Assembly: GCA_020137815.1 (NCBI GenBank)
Contig: CM035358.1
Span: forward strand, 7,812,001 to 7,876,000
DNA: 64,000 bases
From: Hormiphora californensis
Lineage: Eukaryota; Animalia; Ctenophora
Reading direction: 5' to 3'
Shown: positions 52,017 through 64,000 of the stretch, in pieces
Numbering within the stretch: the first letter of the stretch is position 1
How the letters are laid out: each line of letters opens with the position of its first letter
Program-made: the position numbers and the translations under genes
Notes under the pieces: generated by a model
Told to the model about the DNA's origin: nothing
What the model saw: only the letters and a program-made list of their open reading frames with translations
Databases searched by the model: none

Positions 52017-53493
52017 ATCTCACATGGTTCTCTCATCCAACAGAACAGGAAACAGTGTCTAACATTGTTCTCTCGAAAACAAACAGGTAACAGATCTCAC
52101 ATTGTTCTCCATCCAACAGAACAGGTAACAGATCCACATTTCTCTCACCAACAAACAGGTAACACGATCTCACATTGTTCTCTCATCCAACAGAACAGGT
52201 AACAGATCTCACATTGTTCTCTCATCCAACAGAACAGGTAACAGATCTCACATTGTTCTCTCATCCAACAGAACAGGTAACAGATCTCACATTGTTCTCT
52301 CATCCAACAGAACAGGTAACAGATCTCACATTGTTCTCTCATCCAACAGAACAGGTAACAGATCTCACATTGTTCTCTCATCCAACAGAACAGGTAACAG
52401 ATCTCACATTGTTCTCTCATCCAACAGAACAGGTAACAGATCTCACATTGTTCTCTCATCCAACAGAACAGGTAACAGATCTCACATTGTTCTCTCATCC
52501 AACAGAACAGGTAACAGATCTCACATTGTTCTCTCATCCAACAGAACAGGTAACAGATCTCACATTGTTCTCTCATCCAACAGAACAGGTAACAGATCTC
52601 ACATTGTTCTCTCATCCAACAGAACAGGTAACAGATCTCACATTGTTCTCTCATCCAACAGAACAGGTAACAGATCTCACATTGTTCTCTCATCCAACAG
52701 AACAGGTAACAGATCTCACATTGTTCTCTCATCCAACAGAACAGGTAACAGATCTCACATTGTTCTCTCATCCAACAGAACAGGTAACATGTGTTCTCTC
52801 ATCCAACAGAACAGGTAACAGATCTCACATTGTTCTCTCATCCAACAGAACAGGTAACAGATCTCACATTGTTCTCTCATCCAACAGAACAGGTAACAGA
52901 TCTCACATTGTTCTCTCATCCAACAGAACAGGTAACAGATCTCACATTGTTCTCTCATCCAACAGAACAGGTAACAGATCTCACATTGTTCTCTCATCCA
53001 ACAGAACAGGTAACAGATCTCACATTGTTCTCTCATCCAACAGAACAGGTAACAGATCTCACATTGTTCTCTCATCCAACAGAACAGGTAACAGATCTCA
53101 CATTGTTCTCTCATCCAACAGAACAGGTAACAGATCTCACATTGTTCTCTCATCCAACAGAACAGGTAACAGATCTCACATTGTTCTCTCATCCAACAGA
53201 ACAGGTAACAGATCTCACATTGTTCTCTCATCCAACAGAACAGGTAACAGATCTCACATTGTTCTCTCATCCAACAGAACAGGTAACAGATCTCACATTG
53301 TTCTCTCATCCAACAGAACAGGTAACAGATCTCACATCTCTCATCCAACAGAACAGGTAACAGATCTCACATTGTTCTCTCATCCAACAGAACAGGTAAC
53401 AGATATCACATTGTTCTCTCATCCAACAGAACAGGTAACAGATCTCACATTGTTCTCTCATCCAACAGAACAGGTAACAGATCTCACATTGTT
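52017..53493 (+). repeat. 39-bp tandem array (~38 copies) of a RECK exon 3' end plus 5' splice site
   Basis: Unit TCTCACATTGTTCTCTCATCCAACAGAACAG|GTAACAGA; exonic part SHCSLIQQN-AG joins in phase to the RECK exon at 54349. Confidence 0.9.
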
Positions 53494-54348
53494 CAATTTC
53501 AATTATCCATTCTAGAGATTAGCTCCCAATAAATTGCTATGTTTCACAACATCAAGGACAGCAAGCACTGTCGATTAATACTTCACGTAAAGGGCATTAA
53601 GACGTCAAGTATTCATGACTTCCACGTACCACGTGTTTCTCTGAAGACCCCCCCTATCGCGTGCCCCTTTGAGCTCTTTAGGGCGGTAGTAGTGACACAT
53701 GTCAATGCAATATTGCAATCACTAATTGCTCGGGGAAGTTTGCTTTGTATCTTTCTCTAAGCCCCGCGAAAAGTTTTAAAGAAGGATTAGAACAGGCGAA
53801 GTACAATATTGAGCAATGGAATGGTGATAGTTTTAAATCTGGTGATAGCAGCTCCAACCTCGAGTTAACAAAAACCTTTCCCCTGGGACTACGTATAATT
53901 ACTCTCGGTGTGGCCAGTGGTTGGCCACGGTCTTCCTGGAGCGTCCGAAGTAACATGCTCTGCATAAACTGATTGGTGGGTGGCCTTGCTACGGTGGAGT
54001 GGTGAACGTGCTGGGGCGCCTAATAAGCGTGTTCGGTGCGGCCTCTATGCTACTTTCGGGCAGGTCATCCTCCAGACGCAGCAATCACAAACAAACAAAA
54101 AGGAACGTATTACTCAATACCACCCTCCACCCTCACCTAAACATCACCCATCACTCCAACCTGGCCTTAACCCCTAATCCTTCCCTAGATCGATAAATTT
54201 AACTTAACTCCTCCTTCCCTAGATCACCCATCACTCCTTAACCCATCACTCCAAGTCTCCAACCTTATATTAACCCCTCCTTCCCTTATAGATCGACGAA
54301 AACCCTCTACCCTAAACATCACTGCTAATTAACCCCTCACCCCCTCAG

Positions 54349-57301
54349 GGAGCTGGCACACCCTGGTTACTGTGTTGGAAGCTGTAACAGTACCAGTGGA
54401 ACTGTATGTGGAGCTAATGGTACGTGTTTCAATTAATTAATTATCTCGTTAATTAATTAGTAAATCTCATTATTTAATTAGTAAATCTCATTAATAAGTG
54501 CACCCACTGGGTGCGCCTCAATCATGGGGCTGATGACAAACCCACCCGGCTCCGCTGGGTGGCCCTCTTTATTTCACCCTTGAACGCCAATTTTTGCTGT
54601 TATTCAAATAGAATAAAATTATAATCAAGATATAGCAGAGAGTATTTTTATCTCGATTGTTATTTGAAATTGAACATTAGCACAATGTTTTAAGATATAT
54701 TTTACAACTGATTTGTATTTGTGCTTATTGAGCTAACACGTTGATTGTCTGAAAATTCGTTTTCTTTGGTTTTCGTGGTAACATGTTGATTGTGTTTTAT
54801 TAAAACAAGTTCAACTGCAGATTGCAGAAAGCTACCAGATAAAACTCTGATAGCTTTCTGCAATCTGCTGTTGAACATGAAGATATATGCCCTTCCCTTT
54901 CATCTTTAGATTAAATGGATATTAAGCTGAATATGGAATATTGCACAAATGAAGTTGGATATTATATTCAACTTAGCTTCACTTGAGCAATCCCTATATT
55001 CATATTTGAGGGAATTGCACAATTATTAATTAAATATTTAATTAAACGGAGATCTGTTAGAGATCTCCGTATAATCACTCCGCGGCAGGCAATACAGTGA
55101 AAGCTGTCACATAAATATTTAATATAATACTTTGTTGAGTTCCTTGGCACATTTTCTCCCTGCCCGGGTGAATGCCGAAGGCATTCACCTGGATCAGGAT
55201 GCCTTTTTGCTTCTTAAAAAGGCATTGCAGTGTTAGAATTCGAAGGCGACATTTTGGTATACAGTCGGACCCCGATTTAGGGACACCCTCGGGGGAAAGG
55301 CTCTTGTCCACTAAATCGGGGTGTCCACTAAATCGGGGTCAAATAAGGTTAATTTCCTATATCGGGGAAAAAAATCCTGTCCCTAAATCGGGGTGCCACT
55401 AAATCGGGGGCCCCTAAATCGGGGTCCGACTGTACTAACTAAATCGGTGATCGACATATAATTTCATGTCCACCTGGCGTCGTCAGGGGCAACGCCCGAT
55501 GAAAAAGATTTCCCCTCCCCCTCCCTGTGACAATTCCCCGCCTCCCCTCCCCCACCTCGTGACAATTCCCCCCCCCCTCCTTGTGACAATCCCCCCCCCT
55601 ATGCAGGGATAAGCTACAGTAGTACGTGTTCTGCGGAAAGTAAAATGATCTACGTCGACTACCTGGAAGCCTGCAGACCGCCAACCAACTCACTACTCAG
55701 CCAGGTAGGTTTATGTCCATATATGGGCATACACATCCATATTTGCTCATGTACACACCCATATTTGGGCCGTGACTGACAATATGTATTTCAGGGTATA
55801 TTCTGTGGTGAGGGTGTGACATGTCAGGAGCTGCCACCCAACTGCCCCGGTATCAAAGTACCTGGGATGTGCTGCCCAGTGTGTGGTAAGTGTAGTCCCG
55901 ATCCCTCGACACAAAGATCCCCCTCGAACACCAGAAAATAAGGGTCACCACACACCAAAGTTAAAATTAAAATTAAAATTTTGATTTTAAACCCGCACAC
56001 ACCAGCGGCCGTTAAAATTTCTCTCACCATTCTAAAAGTAACAATCTCACGCACGATTTTGACGGTCGCGTTGGATGACAAGATTTTAACGGGCCGTTAA
56101 AATCGCGCGCGAGATTGTTACTTTTAGAATGGGGGAGAGAAATTTTAACAGCCGCTGGTGTGTGCGGGTTTAAAATCAAAATTTTAATTTTAATTTTAAC
56201 TTTGGTGTGTGGTGACCCTAAGGGACCATCCCATCAGCCCTACACAGCTGATCGAGACAATGCAATTCTCTCATATATATCAGTCTCCACATCCCACTTT
56301 TTGTTTGTTCCCCCTTACTCAACAACTTTTGTGTGAGCTGGGTCTTTGTCAACATCCCACCTCCCCATAAGGTGCGGTGTTATCACTCCTCCCAAGTCAA
56401 GTTCTGGTTACAATAAACGAGATGTACCTGACACGAGATAAAATAACCGTCAGCTCTCTCTGCAGACGACTCAACAAACTACTTAGCTTGGTAAGTGCAT
56501 GGTAACTTAATGGTAACCATGGCAACCAAATTGCAAAATAACCATGGCAACCAGATTGCAAAATAACCATGGTTAGCGTCGGTTACCATGGTGCTACGTC
56601 ATTGGTTAGGGTCGATTGAGGGAACCGGCCCCCATGGTCTGTGTACATGGAAGTTAATTAATTTATTAATTATTTTATTAATTGATGTACATACTAATTG
56701 TTAAATATTCACGTTTCAGTCGGAGTGTGTAGTGCTCTGTACCCCCGGGCTGTATGGTGGAGTGACAGGAATTGTTCATTCTACACTTTCCAAACCAACC
56801 TGGGTTCAGGTATGTACGATATAATATCAACTTCATTTTGATAAGTATGACCTGTCAGGCCAATGCTCTGACCACAGTTCTCGCGCGCTCCGCGTGCAGA
56901 ACAGGAAAGAAATGAGAATAGGGTCAGGCCAATGCTCTGACAGAGTATGACAGTACAATTCACCGGTGAATCACCCGTCTTTGCTAGTTGAAGTTTACAA
57001 ATTTAGAATTTAGATGTTTTCCATCCTTTCCATTCCTTATTTCTCTCTTTAGTCTTTACCAATACCATTACAACACCTGTATTTTCAGATTGAAGCGTGT
57101 AACAACGAGGCAATAAGAATTGAAACTATGGTTCGCAGACGGCATGTCCGAATAGAAACTGATCTAATATTGAGTACAGTTATTGGGGTTGAGATAGAGA
57201 CTGTCAATGTGACCCTTGGGAACTCTAGCCCGCCCCGGGTGGGTGGTGTTTTTGGTGTTCAGATTTTTATTATCTTTCTCCTCCTTTTACAGTTCTGCTA
57301 A
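54349..57301 (+). CDS. RECK: RECK (reversion-inducing cysteine-rich protein with Kazal motifs), 3' six exons, GPI-type C-terminus
   Basis: Exons 54349-54419, 55607-55704, 55795-55885, 56372-56490, 56720-56809, 57089-57301. VCGANGISYSSTC..IYVDYLEAC (Kazal), PGMCCPVCGAVL, and QIEACNNEAIRIETMV (cf. vertebrate RECK QIEACNKEAEKIESLI, from memory); hydrophobic tail. Confidence 0.88.
55942..56218. mobile_element. PIF/Harbinger-type palindromic MITE in a RECK intron
   Basis: GGGTCACCACACACCAAAG ... CTTTGGTGTGTGGTGACCC; TAA TSD. Confidence 0.85.
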
Positions 57302-57907
57302 AATCGAAAATGTGCAGATCTGTTTTTATCAAGACCCCTCCTCCCCCCCTTGTAAATATATTGATATATAAAATATATATAACACACATTCCATTTTAAC
57401 AAACTAAAATCACGGAGTTTTATTATTAAAACAATTGAAAAATAAACTTTTATTTTTCAATTGTCGATTTACTGGTGTGTTGTCATACTTTGTTGAATAC
57501 TCAATGTCGGCTTCGGCCCTGTTCGGAGAAGGCAGTCTTTTGTGAGACAACCAGTGTGCTAATTGTACTTCCACTGTCAGTGTCAGGCGAATGCAAATGT
57601 GTTTGTAAGTGCCAAAATTCGTGTGGTAGTCCGGTGCCAGACATCGTTCGATTCTCTGAGTTAGATCGGGTCGGCGCCGCCATGCAGCCCTATTCGTATA
57701 TCCGTACTCTGAGTCTCCGAGTACTCTTTGGCATGGCATGGTATTGGTACGGGCAGTATATTGAAGTGGTGCTAAGCCCACAAATTAAAAAGTTGTGTCA
57801 TCCAGAACTGATAGGATTCAAATTGTGGGCTGTCAGCTCAACACGTTTAGTTTAGCTATCAATATGCTCAATTATGGGACTGAAGGACATTTCCAATTAT
57901 ATTATAA

Positions 57908-58909
57908 CTAGCGCACCCATTGGGTGCGCCCCAATTGTAAGGGCGTTTTGATAACCCACCCGGCTCCGCCGGGTGGCCCTCTTTTTCTCACATATGTCAC
58001 CAATTCAATGGTTGCCATGGCAACTAAATCGGTAACTATGGAGACTGAATTGCTAAATTATGTTCCGAAATGATCACAAACTGCCAGCAAAGTAAAAACA
58101 ACTGCTCCCAAAAGAGGGCCGGGTGTTAAACGCAACGCTTTGGGTTTGAAATCTGATTTAGAGTTCTATTCGACACTCCCATAATGATGGGTGTGGTAAT
58201 TTAAACATGTGACACTGTGCAGTGTACAGAGCTGATGACTGTGAGATATGTGACACTGACAGGGCCTGGTTTCTGATGAGATGAAATGTGATCGGATAGA
58301 AGGAGCAGTGAGCATACATCAAGAGGACCCAAAACAATTTAAATCAGTGCCATAGCAACATGAAGTGGTCATGGAAGGAAGTTATCATTCCAGGAACGCG
58401 CGCAGCGGAAGGAGAAGTTAAAGCAGTCGCTGTTAGTAGCCACTGTGTGCGCGCGGCTCAACTTCCGTCATAGTTACGTAATTTTGGTCACAGCACAACT
58501 TTAGCTCGCACGAAATTTTTAATGAAGGAGCAGCCTGTCGCTTAGATACCGCCTAACGAACGACCATCACGACGTCGTTCATCTCCAAATTATAATAGAG
58601 ACTAGCGCACCCGTTGGGTGTGCCTCAAGTAAGGGGTTTTTGATAGCCCACACGGCTTTGCCGTGTGGTTCTTTCACTTACAACGTCAATAAAACGGTTG
58701 CCTTGGCAACTGAAGTGATATCTATGGGGAGTGGCATGTTTAAAGTCATTCGAAAATATTAACAAACTTCCACTGGAAGTTCCAAAAGTGTGAATAACAG
58801 CTTTACAGCTTTGGGTACATGAAGTGTTTTATGAAGGAGCAGTCGCTTAGATACCGCCTAACTAACGGCCATCACTTCGACGTCGTTCATCTCCAAATTA
58901 TAATAGAGA
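57908..58909 (-). mobile_element. Head-to-tail Helitron dimer, the two units with different interiors
   Basis: Same TC.../...hairpin-CTAG ends, A|T insertion; junction 58601/58602. Confidence 0.85.
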
Positions 58910-60610
58910 TTGGAAATGTCCTTCAGTCCCATATAATATGATGTAATTTATATCTTCAAATTATATCAAAAACCTTTCACAATCTGTCACTGCCAGCCGG
59001 TCACGGCAATGTCTAGACATGTCCCCGGTCAAAAGCGTGAGAAGTACCATGCTGTCAGGCCAATGCTCTGACCACAGTTCTCGAGAATGGGTCAGGCCAA
59101 TGCTCTGACAGGTGCCATGTATATGCCTGACAGCCCACAATCCGAGTTCTGGGTCACACTGCTCAGTGCACGGGCAATTTCGGATTACGCTCCAGTTGCT
59201 AAATTGAAACTGACATCAGTTTTTTGAAACTGGTGTCAGTTTCAAGCTGGTGAACTACATGCTGCCGTGTGCAGTGTCATTTGGCACCAAGAAACTGATG
59301 TCAGTTTCAAATTTTGTAACTGGTCCCTAAGGGACCAGTTACAAAATTTGAAACTGACATCAGTTGTCTGGACGTCGTTCCACCGTCGTCCAGACAAAGG
59401 TACCCGACTAGACGGGTTTTGCATTGAGACCTGTATGGCGGCGCCATACCCCATTTGATTCTCAGATGGGGTCGCGGCGCCAGACAGCTTGAGACGGAGT
59501 CAAACGTGCTTTGCCCGAGCCTCAAGCAGCAAGCTCCATGATGGTGCCACCATTGCAATGGTGGAACGACGTCCAGACAACGTTTGCGCCTTGGTGACAT
59601 AGACACCTGGTGCGACCGAGATTGAGCTCACACACAGGTGCCCGCTCCGCCCCTAAAAAAGGGTCGTTTCTTTCAAGGGGTGTTGCACGCGATCCACTGG
59701 ACCGATTTGCATCCGAATTGTTGCAAAAGACTACACATTGGTCCTAATATACTGGAAAATACCCGAGAATTTTGTCTGTCATTGTCAACAAGAAGTGGGT
59801 AAAAATTGACACTGAAGTCAAATCTATAATCTGACCTCCAGGAGTTTCTGCACCACGCCCATGCGGTTTAGAAGATATATTAGGACCAATTTGTAGTCTT
59901 TTGCGACAAACCGGATGCAAATCGGTCCAGTGGATCGCATGCAAGATCTCTTGAAAGACATGACCCTTTTTTAGGGGCGGAGCCGACACCTGTGTGCCGC
60001 AAACTGTGCGGGGGTCGCGCCAGGTGTCTATGTCACCAAACCTGTGTGCGGGGGTCGCGCCAGGTGTCTATGTCACCAAGTTTGTGCCTTGCGGCTAATC
60101 CGAAATTGCCCGAAGCACGTTATTATTACTTTCAGTTTTAGGAATAGAATAATCTCACGACAAGTAATATTTTGGGACATTTAAAACAAATTAGTAACGG
60201 TTGCGACAATAAAATTGTTGTAAAAAAGACACAGTCAAATGTAGTGCTTCACTGCTCAACGAGTCAAATTCCAAATCTGCCCTGTCTGGCGCCGCCGACC
60301 CCATCTGGGCGCACTGTTTGAGAAACAAATTGGGGTCTGGCGGCGCCAGACTCTGGCGCCCTCAGACAGAATCTGCCCTAATTCAAAAGCTCCATTACGG
60401 TTTCTAACTACAAGCACCCATGTAATTCAAAAGCTCCCTTTGCCGCAAGTGAGGAATAAATAATCATCCAAAAACAGATCATGCTTTTATCTTGCCATTG
60501 ATTCAATACAACGATAATCAATTCCAAATCTAATTCCCAATCTTCCCAATACCCATCTCGACCAACTCACTGCACTGCTCAAAAACACAAACACACAACT
60601 TGATGATGCC

Positions 60611-63600
60611 TCAATAAAAATATACAAAATGGTCCATAACAACGAGAGTCAATGTGAAAAGAAGTATTGAAGTGTCTGTGGTGGTTAGGGTAGTACCGCT
60701 CCCTGTGAATGTGTTACCTCTTGAGAGTTGACCTTTAGCGTAACTGAACGTGTCGTACCTGTGGGGTTATATTGGGGTTAGCTTTAGTGGGGTTATATAG
60801 GGGTTATATTATAGGGGTTAGTTGTTTTGTTCAAACCCGTGGTGAAAGAGGGTCGAGCACGAGAGAGGATGGAACAATGGGGCACTGTCAGGCCAATGTT
60901 CTTAAATGATTTGGAAGAACTGAGAATAGGGTGAGGCCAATATGCTGTGACAGAAGGAGCTGGTATGAGTTGATAACATCAATGATATATTTGAACGTTG
61001 AAGGTAAACTAACTGTGTAATGAAATCCTTTAAATCCACAGCAGGGCCATCGCCTGGTACCTCGGGGTTCTGACCTTGTCCCTCCTTCGTAAACCTGAAA
61101 TAATATTATTCACTGGTTAGTGGTCGGCCATTTCTAACAGTGCCTGTCAGGCATCGTGCTGATCCGGTTTCTCGTGCGCTTCCCTATCAGAAGAGCGAGG
61201 AGAGCGATGCAGTACCGTTTTCCAAAATCTCTATTATAATTTGGAGATGAACGTCGAAGTGGTGGTCGTTCGTTCAGCGGTATCTAAGCGACAGACTGCT
61301 CCTTCATAAAACACTTCAATGTGCCCAAAGCTGTAAAGCTGTCATTCACACTTTTGGGACTTCCAGTGGAAGTTTGTTAATATTTTCGAATGAATTTCAA
61401 CAATTCAGTTCCCATAGTTACCAATTCAGTTGCCATGGCAACCGTGTTATTGACGTTGAAAGGGGCGAAAAGAACCACCCGGCGAAGCCGGGTGGGTTAT
61501 CAAAAAGCACTTACTTGAGGCGCACCCAATGGGTGCGCTAGTCTCTATTATAATTTGGAGATGAACGACGTCGAAGTGATGGTCGTTCGTTCAGCGGTAT
61601 CTAAGCGACAGGCTGCTCCTTCATAAAACACTTTATGTGACCAAAGCTGTAAAGCTGTTGCTCACACTTTTGGAACTTCCAGTGGAAGTTTGTTAACATT
61701 TTCGAATGACTTTCAACATGTCAGTCCCCATAGTTACCAATTCACTTGCCATGGCAACCGTGTTTTTGACGTTGAAAGGGGCGAAAATAACCACCCGGCG
61801 AAGCCGGGTGGGTTATCAAAAAGCCCTTACTTGAGGCGCACCCAATGGGTGCGCTAGTAAACTAAACTTGGGCATTAAACAATTGCAGAACTTACTCATA
61901 AACGTTGACCCGATACTCGTCGACTGCAGTTCTGTTCCAGCAGTTGACCTCACTCACACCACTGAACACGTAGGTACATAACCAGCTGCTATCGAGCTGA
62001 CTGGAGGGCATCTCGCCTCGTAAAAGTCCAGCTGTGGGAGCGGGGTAGTTTTAGTTTGGATATTTCACACGACATATGTTGAGTAAGGGGGAAGAGTGTG
62101 TCTTCCACCTTACTCAACAACACGGCATGGTTAAGGGTAGGAAAGAGCACGGGGAAATGGGAAAGGTGTGCAATGGAAACCATGAAGACAAAACATATTG
62201 CATAACTAATATCCGGTGACCTCGAATTATCATACCTCGAATGAGTAATCTTCAGTGGCGATGGTGCCACTGGATTTCAACTTGCTGCACGAATTAAAGA
62301 AAGTCTGATCAGTACTGATCTTGTTATCAATCTCATCCGCTAACTTCGTTACTTCGTTCGTTACCTCTGTGTAGTAACTCTGTATGTCAGAGTTCAGGTC
62401 AACCTGGGAAGAGAGGTACAATTGTAGTTCATAATCATAGTTGTTGAGTAAGGGGTGGGAGAGGGTTCTTCTCCACCCCTTACGAAACAAGTTCATCTGA
62501 GTTTATGATGAGATGGGCAGGATATTTATTGTGGTATTAGAGTGGTTAACCACCACCACCGTCACCCCATGAAGGGAATTCGCCTCGTGGGGTGACGCTG
62601 CACCCTATACTACCACAACAATCAAAGTTACTATGGATAATGAGGATACCTAGTTGCCTCATGTTCGATCCAACTCCCCCCGGGTTAGGGTTTGAACAAA
62701 ACATACTAAAGTATAGTGAATCGGGAAAATTGAGTTGTCTAAAAAAGACACAATGACCCCGTTTTGATAGCAAGAGGCACCCTCTGTGTGAGACGAGTCT
62801 CTCCTGGCTTTGATCTGGATCGCTTTTCAAAAGGATCCAGTTCCCTGAAGGTCTTCTTCTTCGTCGTAGAGGCTGTCCCTGAAGGTTACTCCTCTGCAGA
62901 ACTCTGTCCCGTACTGCCTCCACAACGAATACAGTCACTTCTCCAACAAGTACATGTTTCATTTGTTGAGATAACAAAACTATAATTCATTCAGTAATGA
63001 TCCTAGAACTGATGGCTTGTTTCAAGGAGTTGTATATCTTTGTTAATGTAGGACATGAAGGGAGGGTGATCAATTGTTAGCGTGTTTTAAAGTTGGGTCA
63101 AAGGGGGTGTGCGTGGTGACTGTTGAGTGTTGGGTCAAAGTGGAGGTGTGTGTGTGTTGGGTGAGGTGTACTGTCAGTTTCTGTCTGGTGGCGCCAGACC
63201 CCGATTTGATGATGGCTCAAAATGGGTCCGCGGCGCCAGACAGGTCAGTTTTGGTTACTAAAAGTAACAGGGGGTTTTCAACCAGCTGGCATTACTTGGA
63301 GTGGGGAGAGTTCCAAATTCGCAGGAGCAAGTGAGGTGCCAGGTACAGGGTACATCTAGCCAATATCCTTCCTCGTTGAATGCAGCGCACCGTTCCGTTT
63401 CTAAGTTTGGTTCCTTCTCCCCCCATTTACTGTAGGACAGAGGGATGTCTCCAGCCCACACCCAGCCGGAGTGAGTGTCTTCTGCGGTGGTGTCGTACAG
63501 GCCTATCCAGCTTCGATACTGGTTGTAGTATTCCATTTGCCAGTGAAATCGGGTATTTTCAGCTTCATTAAGAATAGTCAATATTGTCCCGTTCAGCCCT

Positions 63601-63870
63601 AAACAGAATGTTTCACATTCCGATTGATTGATTCCTCCCTTGTCCGGAAACAGCGCTAGAATCTTTCTCATTCCCATTTTGAATACGGCTGGTTTTGATG
63701 ATTCTCCACAATCCGGAGTCTCGGTCTCCTGGTCACAAGTTATAACCTGTTCTTTCCATCCATCGTCTCCACAGTACAAGTAGAGAGTGTCTCCAGCGGT
63801 GACGTTGCCAAAGTCAGTAGTTGGTTCGTAGGAGAGCGGTATGGAAGTGGTCTCTAGGTTGCAAACTGCT
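60611..63870 (-). CDS. Sushi/CCP + C-type lectin (EPN) protein, probably GPI-anchored; 5' end outside window, middle exons uncertain
   Basis: Exon ~63870-63296: sushi-like C..C..C..C, then CTLD (CETFC, WIGL, W.W, EPN, C, WLDVPC, CSCE). The last three exons (~62030-61898, ~61095-61013, ~60758-60611) are in phase and end GSG-spacer-hydrophobic tail. Linkage through 62230-62960 is not fully resolved. Confidence 0.65.
61228..61857 (+). mobile_element. Head-to-tail Helitron dimer (2 x ~315 bp), intronic
   Basis: A|TCTCTATTATAATTTGGAG...GCGCACCCAATGGGTGCGCTAG|TCTCT...CTAG|T. Confidence 0.88.
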
Positions 63871-64000
63871 GACAAGGAATGAGATAAATTTAATTTGACA
63901 GTACATATTGTTTGTTGGACAAATGAAGAATCGCCAGTGCTATGATAAAGTTGAACCCAGCGAGTTTAATTAGAGAGCTGAGAGATATTTGGTAAGTATA

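Noticed and set aside
52145-53515. 446-aa and Cys-rich repeat ORFs
   Set aside because: Translations of the 39-bp array in non-native frames; the native RECK frame has a stop in each unit.

Overview
Eukaryotic (animal) genomic DNA with short GT-AG introns and very dense repeats. It contains one 100-N gap (45256-45355) and signs of long-read errors (single-base frameshifts in H3, H4 and ENaC; noisy sequence flanking the gap). The interspersed repeats (e.g. ...TTATTTAGGTCACGTGACTGGTTATCAGCCAATCAGGGACCAG...) resemble ones I recall from the ctenophore Pleurobrachia; this is recollection, not a search. Genes assembled by hand from splice sites: the 5' two-thirds of a DEG/ENaC channel (+), a divergent replication-dependent H4/H3 pair, two tandem paralogous small type-I membrane proteins (-), a secreted two-domain C-type lectin present twice (+), the 3' part of RECK (+), and a sushi + C-type lectin, probably GPI-anchored, protein (-). 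Mobile DNA: a CR1-group LINE, a Penelope element with a hammerhead ribozyme, a non-autonomous LINE derivative, Helitron dimers, a Helentron-type element, and many MITEs with readable TSDs. The most unusual observations are (1) tandem arrays whose unit is an exon/intron junction, giving up to ~38 decoy splice sites in several unrelated genes; (2) three sequence-unrelated non-coding elements with a shared DIRS-like 'internal complementary region' plus hairpin cassette; (3) a head-to-head (TTAGGG)n/(CCCTAA)n junction.
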